Assembly (NCBI RefSeq): GCF_964355755.1
Contig: NC_092673.1
Span: 12,806,948 to 12,870,947, forward strand
Reading direction: 5' to 3'
Origin: Antedon mediterranea
Taxonomy: Eukaryota > Animalia > Echinodermata
DNA: 64,000 nucleotides
The notes beneath the pieces are model-generated. The model made no database searches. It worked only from the letters and a program-made list of their open reading frames with translations, and was not told where the DNA came from. Positions 13,461-25,215 of this stretch are shown here, in pieces (the first letter of the stretch is position 1; every line of letters starts with the position of its first letter). Made by a program: the position numbers and the translations under genes.

Positions 13461-15007
13461 AGACAATAATATATTAAATCTTGTTTTTAAACTGATCTTG
13501 TATTGTTATTAAATTTTTTATTTATTCGTATGTATATTTATAAATGCTAATAAAATTAAATTGAGTTTAGTATTGTTTTCAATATTGTTTTAAATATGTA
13601 AAACAATAATATATTCAATTTTGTTTTTAAACTGATCTTGTATTGTTATTACATTTTTTATTTGTTTGTTCTCGTTCGTTCTCGTTTTCACTCGAGCTGC
13701 AAGACATAGATCCTATACTTCAATATCGATCGTTTTCACAATGTTGTAAAATAATGGAAATACAGTACTGACTACAAATCATGTACCCTAAACCGCGTTT
13801 GTCACGCGTGTAAAATGTGTGTAATTGCCGCGGACCTGTAATCGGCGTGTGGTCCATGACGTCAGCTACTTCCTGCTACAATGTGGAATTCACGGTCCTT
13901 GACGATCGTGAAACAGTGCGTGCTTGAATAGTTGTTGTTTATTTAATTTGTGTTAAGGAACGCGACCATGATTATGTAACCAGAACACTCCTGTCACTGT
14001 AATGTAACAAAGTTTACTTCTGTCTATTGTTATCCATAAAAAAAAACCAAAACAAAGGATGAGAATTTGATGATTTTAGAAGGCCAAATGTTAGAAATAA
14101 TAATCCAAACACCGAATGTCGAATTGGTTTAATAATAAATATTCTGTTCGGTTTGATGTATAAATTGCATTGCATATATTTTTCCATTAAAATTAGCCTA
14201 ATCGAGTATTAGTCCAAGGCCACAAATCATTGCGTGTTTATTCATCAGGCGATAACGGCTCTCGGCGGCCAATTCCACTGGCTCATTGTACTTGTTGAGT
14301 AGGGCCTACAACGCGACATTTCCAGTTACTCTAGTAATTTTAATAATTAACAACGTATAATATATAATCCGTCATAAACAAAACAGTAACTAATTTTTAG
14401 GCCTATTTCACTCTATACACTCTACGGCATGCATAGCGTGTTGGTTTTGACCTTAGGAAATGGTATGACCCAACCAATCAACGCATTCCACTCCACAGTA
14501 CTCTACAGTATAAACGGAAAGTTTCCAGATTTAATTTCTAGTCATTTTAGTAATTACAAGGTAAAATTTATATTCATAAAAACCCAACGAAAGTTTTTAT
14601 GAAAAAATACACGTCAAAATAACAATAACATTTACATCATTATTTGCGAATGGCCAATTAAATTCGTTCGTTTTTGATGACGGAAACTTAAATTGAAAAT
14701 ACTTTAGTTGATGGAAACTTCTATTATATTCTAATATGAAAAATAATATTAATGTATTATATTACAAAGTTTTTGAACTGTGTCTGAATGATTGATGCGA
14801 TATCCAGAAAAGACTTCTAAAAAAAAAACAAAAAAAAAAAACCTCTATATTTTAAACGTTTCCGACGTATATTTATTTATAAACGTATATTTGTAATGCA
14901 AAATAGATAATGTAAACAAACCCAAATGTATGTACATTTAAACATTCATTTAAAATATGCAAAATTGGTATCCATTTTTTATCATGCATCATCGTGAAGG
15001 AGATATC

Positions 15008-15083
15008 AGCCAATCAGATTGTTTACGTCGTCGATTGGATAATTCCTTTATAAGATTTGGGCGTGGTTCTTGACAGGTATAAA
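15008..15083 (+). promoter_or_regulatory. CCAAT/TATA promoter of the Tc1-like gene
   Basis: AGCCAATCAG at 15008-15017, inverted CCAAT at 15034-15038, and TATAAA at 15078-15083, about 40 nt before the ATG at 15120. Confidence 0.55.
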
Positions 15084-15119
15084 TTTTGTGTTTCTAAATA
15101 AAAATTTCACTGCCCAAAA

Positions 15120-16105
15120 ATGAAAGGTCAACTATCATTGTATCTGAGAGAACGGATTGTCCGTTTGAACGAGCTGGGCATGCGCCAAAGAAGAATTGTT
15201 GATGTTCTCCGGGAAGAAGAGTAGGTGGAAGTTGAGAGACACACTGTGGGGAGAATAATTAAAACTTACAAGGAAACCGGTTCATGGGCTGCAAGAATTC
15301 GATCAGGGCGTAAACCAAAATTCACTATCGAGCACGCTCACTTCATTGACGACCTTTACCGAGATGATGATGAGTTAACTTCCTACCAAATATCGGGTAT
15401 CTTCCGTGACGTATTTGATCTAAATGTTTAGGCATCCACAATAAGAAGAAGCCGAAACAAGTTAGGATGGAAGAAAAGCGGACCAAAATACTGCCAAATG
15501 ATTAGCGATGTAAATAAGGTGAAGCGGTTAGAATTTTGTACCCGAATGCTAGAGGATGGAGATATGTTTGAAGACGTGATATGGACTGACGAGACTTCCA
15601 TTCACCTGGAGCAGCATGGAAAGGTGTGCTTCTACAAAAAAGGAGAGGAGCCAAAACTTAAACCAAAGGCTAAACACCCGGTAAAGGTTCACGTTTGGGG
15701 GGGAATCAGTTTCAGAGGTACCACCAATTTCCTAATTTTCGGGAGAAACATGAATGCGGAGTTTTATGTTAACGCTGCAACCGTATAGTCGTCACATGTT
15801 CCCTGATTCACATAGTTTCCAACAAGACAATGATCCTAAACATACAAGTAATTTATCCACACGATATATGGAAGAACATGGGATAAATTGGTGGAAGACT
15901 CAACCCGAATCACCAGATCTCAACCCGATTGAAAACGTCTGGCATCAACTGAAGAATAATCTTCGACGACATGCAAAACCAAAAAATCAACAGGAACTTA
16001 TCAATGGCATAGAAAATTGGTGGAAAACCACATTGACACCTGAATTATGCGGCAGATACATCCGACATATTCATAAAGTGATAGCTGTCGTGATCCGGAT
16101 ACTGA
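15120..16105 (+). pseudogene. Tc1-like DD34E transposase
   Basis: N-terminal HTH, RSGRKPK, IWTDET, VWGGIS and FQQDNDPKH...SPDLNPIENVW with 34 residues between the second D and E. Two in-frame stops and small deletions. The likely native C-terminus is SGY*, with TGA at 16103-16105. Confidence 0.93.
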
Positions 16106-16134
16106 AGTTTAAGACCAACATTTTCAAAACAAAT

Positions 16135-16170
16135 GGCTCTTTTCAGAGCCACAAATTGACAAAAGAGATT
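16135..16170 (+). terminator. Histone-type 3' stem-loop plus HDE-like element
   Basis: GGCTCT-TTTC-AGAGCC at 16135-16150, A/C-rich 5' flank, ACAAA after the stem, AAGAGATT at 16163-16170. Confidence 0.88.
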
Positions 16171-16838
16171 TGAAAGTATTACATTTTGCCAAACCACACA
16201 CTTACAAAAAACGAGTCATTCATCATATTTACATACAATATAAAAGTATAGTATACAACATTCCATTCATTAAAATATGAAAATTAGTTTTATTCAAACA
16301 ACTTAAGAAATGCTAAGCCTTAAAAAGTACATAAAATAATATATCAATGATTGAGCACTTTTAGTGGATATGTGCGCTATATAAATTATTTATTATCATG
16401 ATTGCAGCGTTGTGTTGCATGTACGGTTGTTCAGTTTCATGTATTTTGTTGTTTATGTGACCACTAGAGCGTGAACAGCGCGTCTACACAGTATAATAAG
16501 ACCTGGGATTGAAAACATAAAATGGAATAGAAATGTTGTACGGTCATGCTTAAATTTAATCAAAATAAAACTATGGTAATTCCAATTCTTAATTAATTTG
16601 ATAATTATCAAGTCAGATTCTTGAACATTGCGAAAATGATTGAAACGTCAAATTTACCTGAAATTATTCAATCTGTCAATATTATATTAATTTTTATTTG
16701 TGTATGCCTTTTATGTTGTGTGTTATTTCACACAACATGTTATTTATTATTATAATAATAATTATTATTTAGAGTTTAATGTGGTATGTTTTGAAGGTGA
16801 CTGGTTTCTATGTGGGGTTTGCCATTTTAAATGCTTTA

Positions 16839-16868
16839 AATCTCTTTTGTTTTTTTTGGAAAAGAGCC
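16839..16868 (-). terminator. Damaged histone-type stem-loop plus HDE-like element
   Basis: The minus strand reads CAAAACAAAC-GGCTCTTTTC-C-A(n)-CAAAAGAGATT. The 3' arm AGAGCC is missing. It begins 18 nt after the TAA of the BEN gene. Confidence 0.7.
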
Positions 16869-16886
16869 GTTTGTTTTGAGATATAA

Positions 16887-17490
16887 TTAGAAATCGATGA
16901 ATGGTTCAGCAGGTTGGGGTTCTTGAATTTGTTGCATCGGTGCTCGTGGTTGGAGTGGTGCTCGTGGTCTGGGACTTCGCAGACACCTGCATCCCTCGTC
17001 GATCGCTAACACACAAAGCTTCCACGTTCGTGTTTGTTCATTCAATGGAATTGTATAGGATTTGATGACTCAATGGCCCTGTTTTCCCATTAACGTTACT
17101 CATTCGCATCTCATTCTTGGTGAATAGTTTTCTAACAAGTCCGAGTGCAAAAATTTCTTTTAGAAGTGGCCCACCTTTTGACTTCTGCAACGGCATCTCT
17201 ATGCAGTACGTCGTCACCCACAGAGTTGCGGGGGAGGCGACACAGTTATTTTAAAATTCCTGGGCGATCAGTTCAGAGACGATATTTTTTATATTTTGCG
17301 TCAGGTCGGCCAACCAAGGAGGGGCTTCATTATGTTTTGTGTCGATGTACTCACGTAGTCGCCGTTCCATTCCTGCAATACTGTCAAACACATCTACTGC
17401 TGGGGGTACTTCAGGTTCTGGTTCTTCTACATCTGACTCTTCAACATGCATACCATCGCCTGTTACGTCCCCGCGAAGAAACACCCTGGG
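16887..17490 (-). pseudogene. BEN-domain gene 3' part (type B), convergent with the Tc1-like gene
   Basis: The minus strand, across frameshifts, reads ...ATSKRNF-ALGLVRKLFTKNEMRMSNVNGKTG...TWKLCVLAIDEGCR...EPFIDF*, with the stop at 16887-16889. Confidence 0.8.
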
Positions 17491-17496
17491 TACCTG

Positions 17497-18066
17497 TGGC
17501 CGTATTCACCAATCTCACTTAGGCTAAGGGAAATACTTACCCTTAAAATTTAAGAATTCCCTTAACAAAGGAAAACACTTAAGGGGTATTCACAAATGAG
17601 TTAAGGGATTCACTTACCTAAGGGAAACCCTTACTTTTAAGTAAAACACTTAAGGGAAAAATATATCAATATTCATGAGTTTCCCATTGTCCAATCAAAA
17701 AGAGAAACAATGTGTCCAATATCCAATCACTTTCCCTCATTCAAACCTCATTTGCATATTCAATGAAAACTTTTGCTGGCAACAAAAAAATGGCAGCAAC
17801 TAAACGAAAACCTAATTGGAAGGACGAAGAAAAGGAGGTGTTGGTAGCCGAGTATGGAAAAAGAAAAAATATTTTAAGAGCTGCTTTTGATAGTAAAATA
17901 ACCTATCAACAAAAAACAACAGCCTGGCAAGAGATTACCGCTGCTGTCAAACAAACAAATCCAACTGCCGGCAGGGACCAACAAAATGTCCAAAAAAAAT
18001 GGGAAAACCTTGTGTCGCAGGCTATGCAGAACATTACATCGTTCAAAAAAGACATTATGCAAACAG
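17497..18066 (+). mobile_element. PIF/Harbinger left end with a Myb/SANT-like exon (ATG 17790, donor after 18066)
   Basis: Terminus TGGCCGTATTCACCAA, repeated CACTTAAGGG subterminal motifs, and protein KRKPNWKDEEKEVLV...KTTAWQEITAAV...RDQQNVQKKWENL. No right end found. Confidence 0.75.
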
Positions 18067-18442
18067 GTAAAATTTAGTTTAATATTATGACTGTTTGTAG
18101 TCCTATAAATACGTTTTAATGCCAAAATGTAGTTGTTGTTAGGGAACATCACTCCAATGGAATAGGCCGATATGCTTCTTTACTTAGACTAACTTTAATT
18201 AGTTTTTTGCCGGAGATAGGCCCTAGAGGCCGGGAGGCCTTTTATTTAAAAACAAAGTTGATCATGATTGATTAGTTAGGAGGACTCGCGATAATACACG
18301 CCCACCGTACAATAGATAAAATAAATCGTAAATTTTGTTTAAAGTCTTAGAGTAAAAAAATGGGCATTGAAATGTGTGTGGGTGTGTGTGTTAACAACCC
18401 CAGAGTTAAATTATTGAATAAACTTTTTTTTAATCAACTTAC

Positions 18443-18836
18443 GTCTTTGACCTTCGGTTTTTTTGCAGCCTGTTTTGGTTTCGGTGTCGACGTTTTTGTT
18501 AGCATTGCCGCACGCTTTGACGTTGTCGGTTGCTCGTCGTCATCGGTATCACTATCAATCAGAGTCTTCTTCGCTATCCACGTCAGTGTCTTGGGCTTGC
18601 CCACTCTTCAACAATTTTCTTTCCAATTCACGCAATTCATGGGGATTATTGGACAGTTTGCGGATGACTGCAGGGAGCAAATTCCCCTCCCATAGTACCT
18701 CCACTGCTGCTCCAGACGAAACATCACCGACGATCAATTTTGTTTTAACGATACTTAAACTTTCTTCTTCGGGAAAGTAAACTAACGCCTCGCATGGAAT
18801 ACTTGAACGTTGACGAGCTGACATAGGTTTAAACAT
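18443..18836 (-). pseudogene. First exon of a BEN-type accessory gene (ALVYF N-terminal domain)
   Basis: EALVYFPEEESLSIVKTKL..VEVLWEG..IRKLS aligns with HALVYFDSDESTAIVLSKKL..VKMVYNK..IVELS at 30143. GTAAGT donor at 18442. TATAAAA (18888-18894) and CCAAT (18914-18918) lie upstream on the minus strand. Confidence 0.7.
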
Positions 18837-19240
18837 TTTGTTGATTCAGAAAACTGAACTGGTACATGAACATTGAAATGCTCGTACTTTTATAGATTGT
18901 GAGCCCTGCTCTGATTGGCTGGAGAACATAAAACTTTTAACATGCACAAACATAATTGTACACAATTGGTCAGCTAGCTTTTCTCATTAACGTAACGCCC
19001 ACCCACACAATAACAAACACCAATCCATCTTTATTTGTAAATGTGATAATTAGCTCTAAAATACATGAGTTAAAAAATATTTATAAATGTTTGTGCAGTT
19101 GATTTTAAAAAAAAACACATTTTAAAGATAAAAAGAACAATAAAGTATCCCATACTGCGCGGTACACATATGCTTTCGTTCAAACCCAGCAAAATACTAC
19201 ACACAACTAAATATAATATATATATATATATATAATTATA

Positions 19241-19407
19241 TGCACTGATGAAGAGCTAGTGTTGCCCGAAACCTCTAACTTTTCTGGCTGGCTGACTTTA
19301 TCATTTTGATTTAGCTTTTCGCTTCTTTTTTTTTTGTATCTCCATTGAGATTCAGCCACTGATACCCACAGCATTGTCATTTTTTCAGTTATTTGCCTTT
19401 GGATTTA
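19241..19407 (+). mobile_element. Penelope-like 3' fragment with a degenerate hammerhead core, inside (TA)n
   Basis: CTGATGA...CGAAAC at 19245-19272 and a T-rich tail, with AT microsatellite on both sides. Confidence 0.55.
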
Positions 19408-20019
19408 TAATTATATATATATATATATTATATAAAATATAAAATATAATATTTTGCAAATTCAAAGTAGGTCTACAATCTTACTTAATTCAAAATTAAC
19501 ACAAAAAACAATACAATACTAATTATATCAAACGAAATAATAATTTCAGCACTGAAATAATTATGAATTATGTTAAAAATAGGTGATTAGTCTATTTTGC
19601 ATTCAATTTAATCTGCTTCTACACTCCTTGTTTCAGTTTCATCATACAGTATATGATATTTTGCAGTACATCATATCTCTACGTTATCACACAATAGTGC
19701 ATTATTATTACATTGCAATGTTGATGTGCTAGGCCGTATCATCTTAATTATTTAAGTAAAAATAGACTTATGTTCTGTTCATTTTGATGTTTATTCTTTT
19801 GTAAATTTGGCTTTTACAATCTATTGTAAAATTCTAATTTATTCTAGTTTAAGTGTAAATAAATAAACTCTTGTTGTTAATTGTTTAATTGTTAAATTTG
19901 ATTTGTGTATAATGTCTTACGGCCTTGTCGAAAAACACCATTGAGGTGAACAAGTGTTACCGTGATTAAATAAAGTTTTTATTATTATTATTATTATTAT
20001 CATCAAGGGAACACGTTTG

Positions 20020-20977
20020 TAGCGATACATTGTACGCATTATCGTTGGGGTTGAAATGGATGTGGGTATGACTATGATTTCCCATATCTCAAAAACTATT
20101 TCTGCGTCGTCTTTTCACTTGCGAAACATCCGAAGGATTCGCAAGTTTATAAATGAGACAGCAGCTAAACAACTTGTTCATGCTTTTGTCACTTCACGAC
20201 TAGATATGGGAAACTCTTTGCTATACGGGCTACCACAAAAACAACTCCACAGGCTCCAACTGATTCAAAATACAGCGGCACGAGTTGTTAAAAAATTACC
20301 AAGATATGGACACATATCAAATACTTTGGAAATATTGCATTGGCTCCCTGTTAGGTACCGCATTGTTTTTAAAATATTACTCTTTGTTTTTAAGTCTATA
20401 AATGGCATGGCTCCTGAGTATATTTCTGACATGCTTAGGCTGTATGTTCCCGGACCGGACGTAATCTGCGTTCTAGTGACTCGCTGCTTCTACATCAGCC
20501 TAAGTCTCACCACTCATGGGGTGACAGAGCATTCTCCGTTACTGCTCCTCGTCTGTGGAATGCTCTACCGAGCTCTATAAGATTTTGCAAAACTGTTGAT
20601 ACTTTTAAAAAATTATTAAAAACACATTTATTCATTAAGGCATATGGAAATCATGAGGTTTCTTAAAGTTTTTTAGACTTACAATTGTTTTTTATACCTT
20701 TTCCTGGCCAGCATTATCTTTGGGGTGCCTCTGTCTTGGTTGTTGTCTCTGAGCACCCGGTCGTCTGTGGCAAGGCAAATGTGTATCCTGCTCCTTTGTT
20801 TGGTCACCTAGGTAGGGGTCCGGGACCGCGACAGAACGACAACAGATGGGGACCCTCCAAAGAAATTGCATTTTATTTTTCAGGAATTTGTATGATTTAT
20901 TTCTTTTTTATTTTTAAATGCGCCTTGAGCACTCTGGAGTGGTATGTGCGCTATAAAAATCTTATTATTATTATTAT
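20020..20977 (+). mobile_element. 5'-truncated L2/CR1-group LINE (RT C-terminus, 3' UTR and tail)
   Basis: FHLRNIRRIR...LVHAFVTSRLD.GNSLLYGLP...LQLIQNTAAR...LHWLPVRYRIVFKILL; ends GCGCCTTGAGCAC...GTGCGCTATAAAAAT-(TTA)n. Confidence 0.9.
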
Positions 20978-23525
20978 TTTCTGGAATTCGGTAATTCCTC
21001 TACTTCCCAATTATATGTCTATTTTTTTTAAATTGCTGTAAATGTAAGCCTATTGTGTTGAGATTTTTTTTCAATCTGAATATTGTTTTAACCTGCTAGT
21101 TCTAGAAATAATTTCGCCCCATAATAAATGCAGAAAGGTCAAGGGTCTGACCCAGAATTCACAGTTCAATCAAAACAAAATGTCTGCGCCCGTGTTGTAC
21201 ACGTTGTAAACTTGGCATAAACATGTGGATTATACAAACAAATAAAGTGATTTATGAATTGAAACTCGGGAAACAGGTATATTTTTTTATTTGATTGGTG
21301 TTCAAGTTTCAAAACCTATACAATTTTGGAAAATAAATGCGTTTTTTAAATAATTAGTGTAAGTGGGCCTCCTCTAGTACCAACCTTTAAAAAGTAATTT
21401 TTATGTAAAGTACATCTTGACAAACGGTGGCGTGTATTAAAGAACAATATAATGGATGGCAATCATAACCAATCTAAAACCCTTTAATTTAGGTTTTTGA
21501 AAAAGAAACAACAATTGAAAAACAAACATAGTTTCGTAATTTATTTTTAAAATTTTATTTTGTTCTATTTTAATTTAGGTTCTTCAGGTACTTCGGCAGC
21601 AGACAATTTAAATTCTTCTGACAATACTGCAGCTTCATTTTTGATCAACCTGATTCAGAAAAAGGTTGGCAACCATATTTTTCGGAGTATAGGTCAACCC
21701 CCAACTTTGACCTAGAATATCATTGATTTTGGTATGACCTGAATATAAGTCGAACCCCAAAATCGGGTATTTAAAACAACTTACTTTGAAGTTCAAAGAG
21801 CGCTAGAAATGTATGAAATGTGGTTGTTTGTTTACATTATTTAAGTGTAACCAATAATATTTATAAGACAATCTATTAATATTTATGTAAACCACAACGA
21901 CTTCGACTCCGTCTTCGCCAGCCTATAATAAATGCCATGTACTCAAAGTGATGTTTTATTGGGGAGGCGTTTATTCAAATAAATGTCATCCTAATAATTA
22001 ATACATTATTTAATTTAAACATCTTTTGAAACTAACTTCCGCGACAGAGTTGGCCGTTTCGGCCCAAGAAGGAAGACGTTTTAGACGGCTTGCAAAATGG
22101 GCAGACATCCCGGTCCTAACGGGACACAGATAGCCTACAGTTATTCCTGTCAGCTTACTCAATCAACTATCGGGATTTCACTCGATATTAAACAAAATGT
22201 CTTATCATCAAATCTCCCTATGTAATTTTATAATACTATTCCCCACAATATATTCCGATTCTTTATGGTGTATATTTAATTTGATCTTTATTAATTTGCA
22301 GTACAATTTTTATTTTTTAACTACCGTACCTTCACACGCGCGGTCCAAATAAACAAAAAACTAAAATGGCTATAGCCGGCCACGGCCAACTTAATTGTTA
22401 AAACCAGGAAGTTGCAAGGTAAACATGTGAACTTATCGTGAACCCAGAAATTACTTCGACCCGCGTACAATTGAAATTTAATCAAAAATGTTGTTATAAA
22501 ATCCTTTATAATATCTTCCTAAGATAAAAATATGGAACAATATCGTAATAGTGAAAACTAATGTTATCAAATTTACATTTCACGGCACATCTGAGATAGA
22601 TAAGGTTTTCCATTGTGCTCGCCTATCTCAGAATAAACCATAATTTATATATAGAAGCGCAATATTAACATCAAAATGAGTCTTTGTGATATATTAATAT
22701 TTTATTGACCAGTACTTGTTGGAGTTGTATTATTTTGTACAATGTAGGTACAGTCAACTCTCCCAATACCGGACTCTCCCAAAACCGGAATTCACGAAAA
22801 ACCGGACTTTTTTGGAGGGCCCAATTTGTCCCTATTCTAAATGTACTGTAATTTATTATGAAAACCGGAATACCCAATTCCGGAATCCGGACAAATTATG
22901 AAGTACAAAACACGAAAATTAGCGTCTGAAAACCGGACTGACAGTTAAAAAACTCCAAATATTTACGAAAACAACGTAACATCGTCGTCGCTGACTCGGA
23001 TTCAATACATTCACAAGTACAAACGCTTTTAACCATACCCTCATGCATGAAGTGCGCGACGTTTCGCGGTACGATCAAATAATGTTGCCATGGAGCACTA
23101 CACTGTGATTGACAGGTCAGTTCATTGTTAACCCACGAGGCAGCAATTGCTTTGTTGCGTATCGAACTGCGGTGGGCTTTTTCACATCGAAGCGCTATGT
23201 CTTAATGTCTATTGTTTTTAGGCGTCATCTCCACTAAATATCGGACGAAGTGTATCGCGTCTAAAAATAGCAGTTCGTCTGCACGCGACCGTAATTTAAT
23301 TTATCTCATTAAATTCTAATTTACATATTCATGAGGATTCCAGTTGTAGCCCCGCCCTTCAATACCGATGCAGAAACTTGCGACCGGTCGCGTCTGTACG
23401 CGTTGAACCATTTATCGAACTCTGGTGCGCCCGCTTGCGACTGTTGTGTGTTGTGTGATGTCACCGGGTAGCCAGGCAGTCGCGAAACTAGGCTACTTCG
23501 ATCGTCCGTTCGGGGAACGCGAGGT

Positions 23526-23740
23526 GTCCCTTTGTACAAATGGTTCAACACTGGGCCCGGCTCCTTGCGGTTTACGCGTGATATATCATGTTCCATCCAG
23601 GGACCAAAATACGCAGTTACTTTCCAGGCGAAGTTTACCGACGCGTACCTCGTGTACTTTGTATGTACGCTACACAGCAAAAGAGTACACACATTTACGA
23701 TTAACCCTCTCTGTACAGTGGGGTACACCTACAATAAATG
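23526..23740 (+). repeat. Dispersed copy of the repeat that is tandemly amplified at 62768-63870
   Basis: Shared blocks TCCCTTTGTAC, TTCCATCCAGGGACCAAAAT and TTTCCAGGCGAAGTTTACCGACG. Confidence 0.85.
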
Positions 23741-24265
23741 TTGTTTTACAGGCCTACTGTATAGGCCTACACGGGGGCCTACATTTTGAACAATTGAACC
23801 AGATCGCCAAATTCCTCAATAAAAAGTTATATTTAGAGACAAGTTAAATAATATTCTTCGGTTTGTGTCGGCTTTCTATAAAGACTGATTTGACCTTTTG
23901 ATCACGCACCATCGTGTATAAAACAAAAACAATTATTTACTGTACAGTAGTAATAATAACATGGCTATAAACTTCGATTTACTTCGTCCGGTCGCGATAG
24001 TATGCGTGTACTCTTTAGAATTATGTGATAATAGATTCGGTAACACGCTGCGTCTGCTCCCGACGTACGGCGTATCAAAAATGTCATATTTTTGTATGAT
24101 GCCTTTTCTGGTTTTTTTTGCCATTCGCCTTTATAAAACAAACATCCATTAACATTATTAAAAAATAGTAAACCTTTATTTTGTTAACGCATGGAATATT
24201 CTTTACTCCATGGTTAACGTATGGCGGATAAATGACACATAAGCGTTTTATTAATTTTGTAGTGT

Positions 24266-24406
24266 GGGATAGCAATTCTAATTACAGTATTAACCTTTTG
24301 TATTATAATCCTTTTGTATTTCGACACTGTTTATATGAAGCAATTTGACACAGCTGTTAAATTGTTAATTTCAGAAGCCATTGAATTTTCGCTTTGCGTT
24401 GGCTTC
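24266..24406 (+). repeat. ~140-bp direct repeat, copy 1 (copy 2 at about 29039-29173)
   Basis: TATTAACCTTTTGTATTATAATCCTTTTGTATTTCGACACTG...GAAGCCATTGAATTT...GCGTTGGCTT is nearly identical at both sites. Confidence 0.9.
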
Positions 24407-25215
24407 TTTTGTTACTGACTGCTTATTTTTAATATACATCCTTGTCTAATAAGTTGTGCACTATTTAATAATGCGGGTAGGGTGCATACTTTATTTTACT
24501 GTTAACATGATATCTAAGAAAAATAGTACTCTATGAGAATACCACCCAACAAAAAATCAGCTTTGGAAAAGGCAGTTTTGACGACCTAAAGAGCCAAAAA
24601 TGGTAGTCATACACACATTTCCCTGTAAATGATAAATAAAAGGTTGAGAACATTTTGCCATTTTCTTTACTAAAATGGATATCATAATTATAATGCTTTC
24701 TCTAGCTTGACAGTTGTCATTGGTGAAAACCATAGAAATATTATAATATCTATATGGTGAAACGTTGGCTGTAATTTACAACTAGTGCGTTCAAACCATA
24801 ACAATAACTAAAGTATACGTCCCCTATAACATACGATTTCATTCGACATTTGTTTTTTATTTTTGTGTCTTAGTTCTGAGTGTGATTAGGCTAATTGCAC
24901 CAAAACCTTGTGAATGCGAGTTTGGTGTATATCCAGCTTTTCACAGTTCAAATCCCCTCAAAGTCCTGCTGAGGAATTTTTTTCCTTACTTAGGTACTTA
25001 GGTAAAACAACGGTGGTCAAACTATAATAAAATTACTTTTAAGATTTATTTAATATAATTTATTGTAACGCTCACAAAATCGAAACGCCCAGTCGTTTCA
25101 TTTGTTCGAAAAAGCACTGAAAAGTCGGAAGAGTCCACTTTAGGCTACATTGTTACAGATACAGTTCCGGTCTCATTGAATTTATTTGTAGCATATCTTT
25201 CTTGTCGTCAGCATT

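Noticed and set aside
23701-23730. piggyBac left end (TTAACCCT)
   Set aside because: No matching AGGGTTAA right end found, and the homologous copy at about 63851 lacks it.
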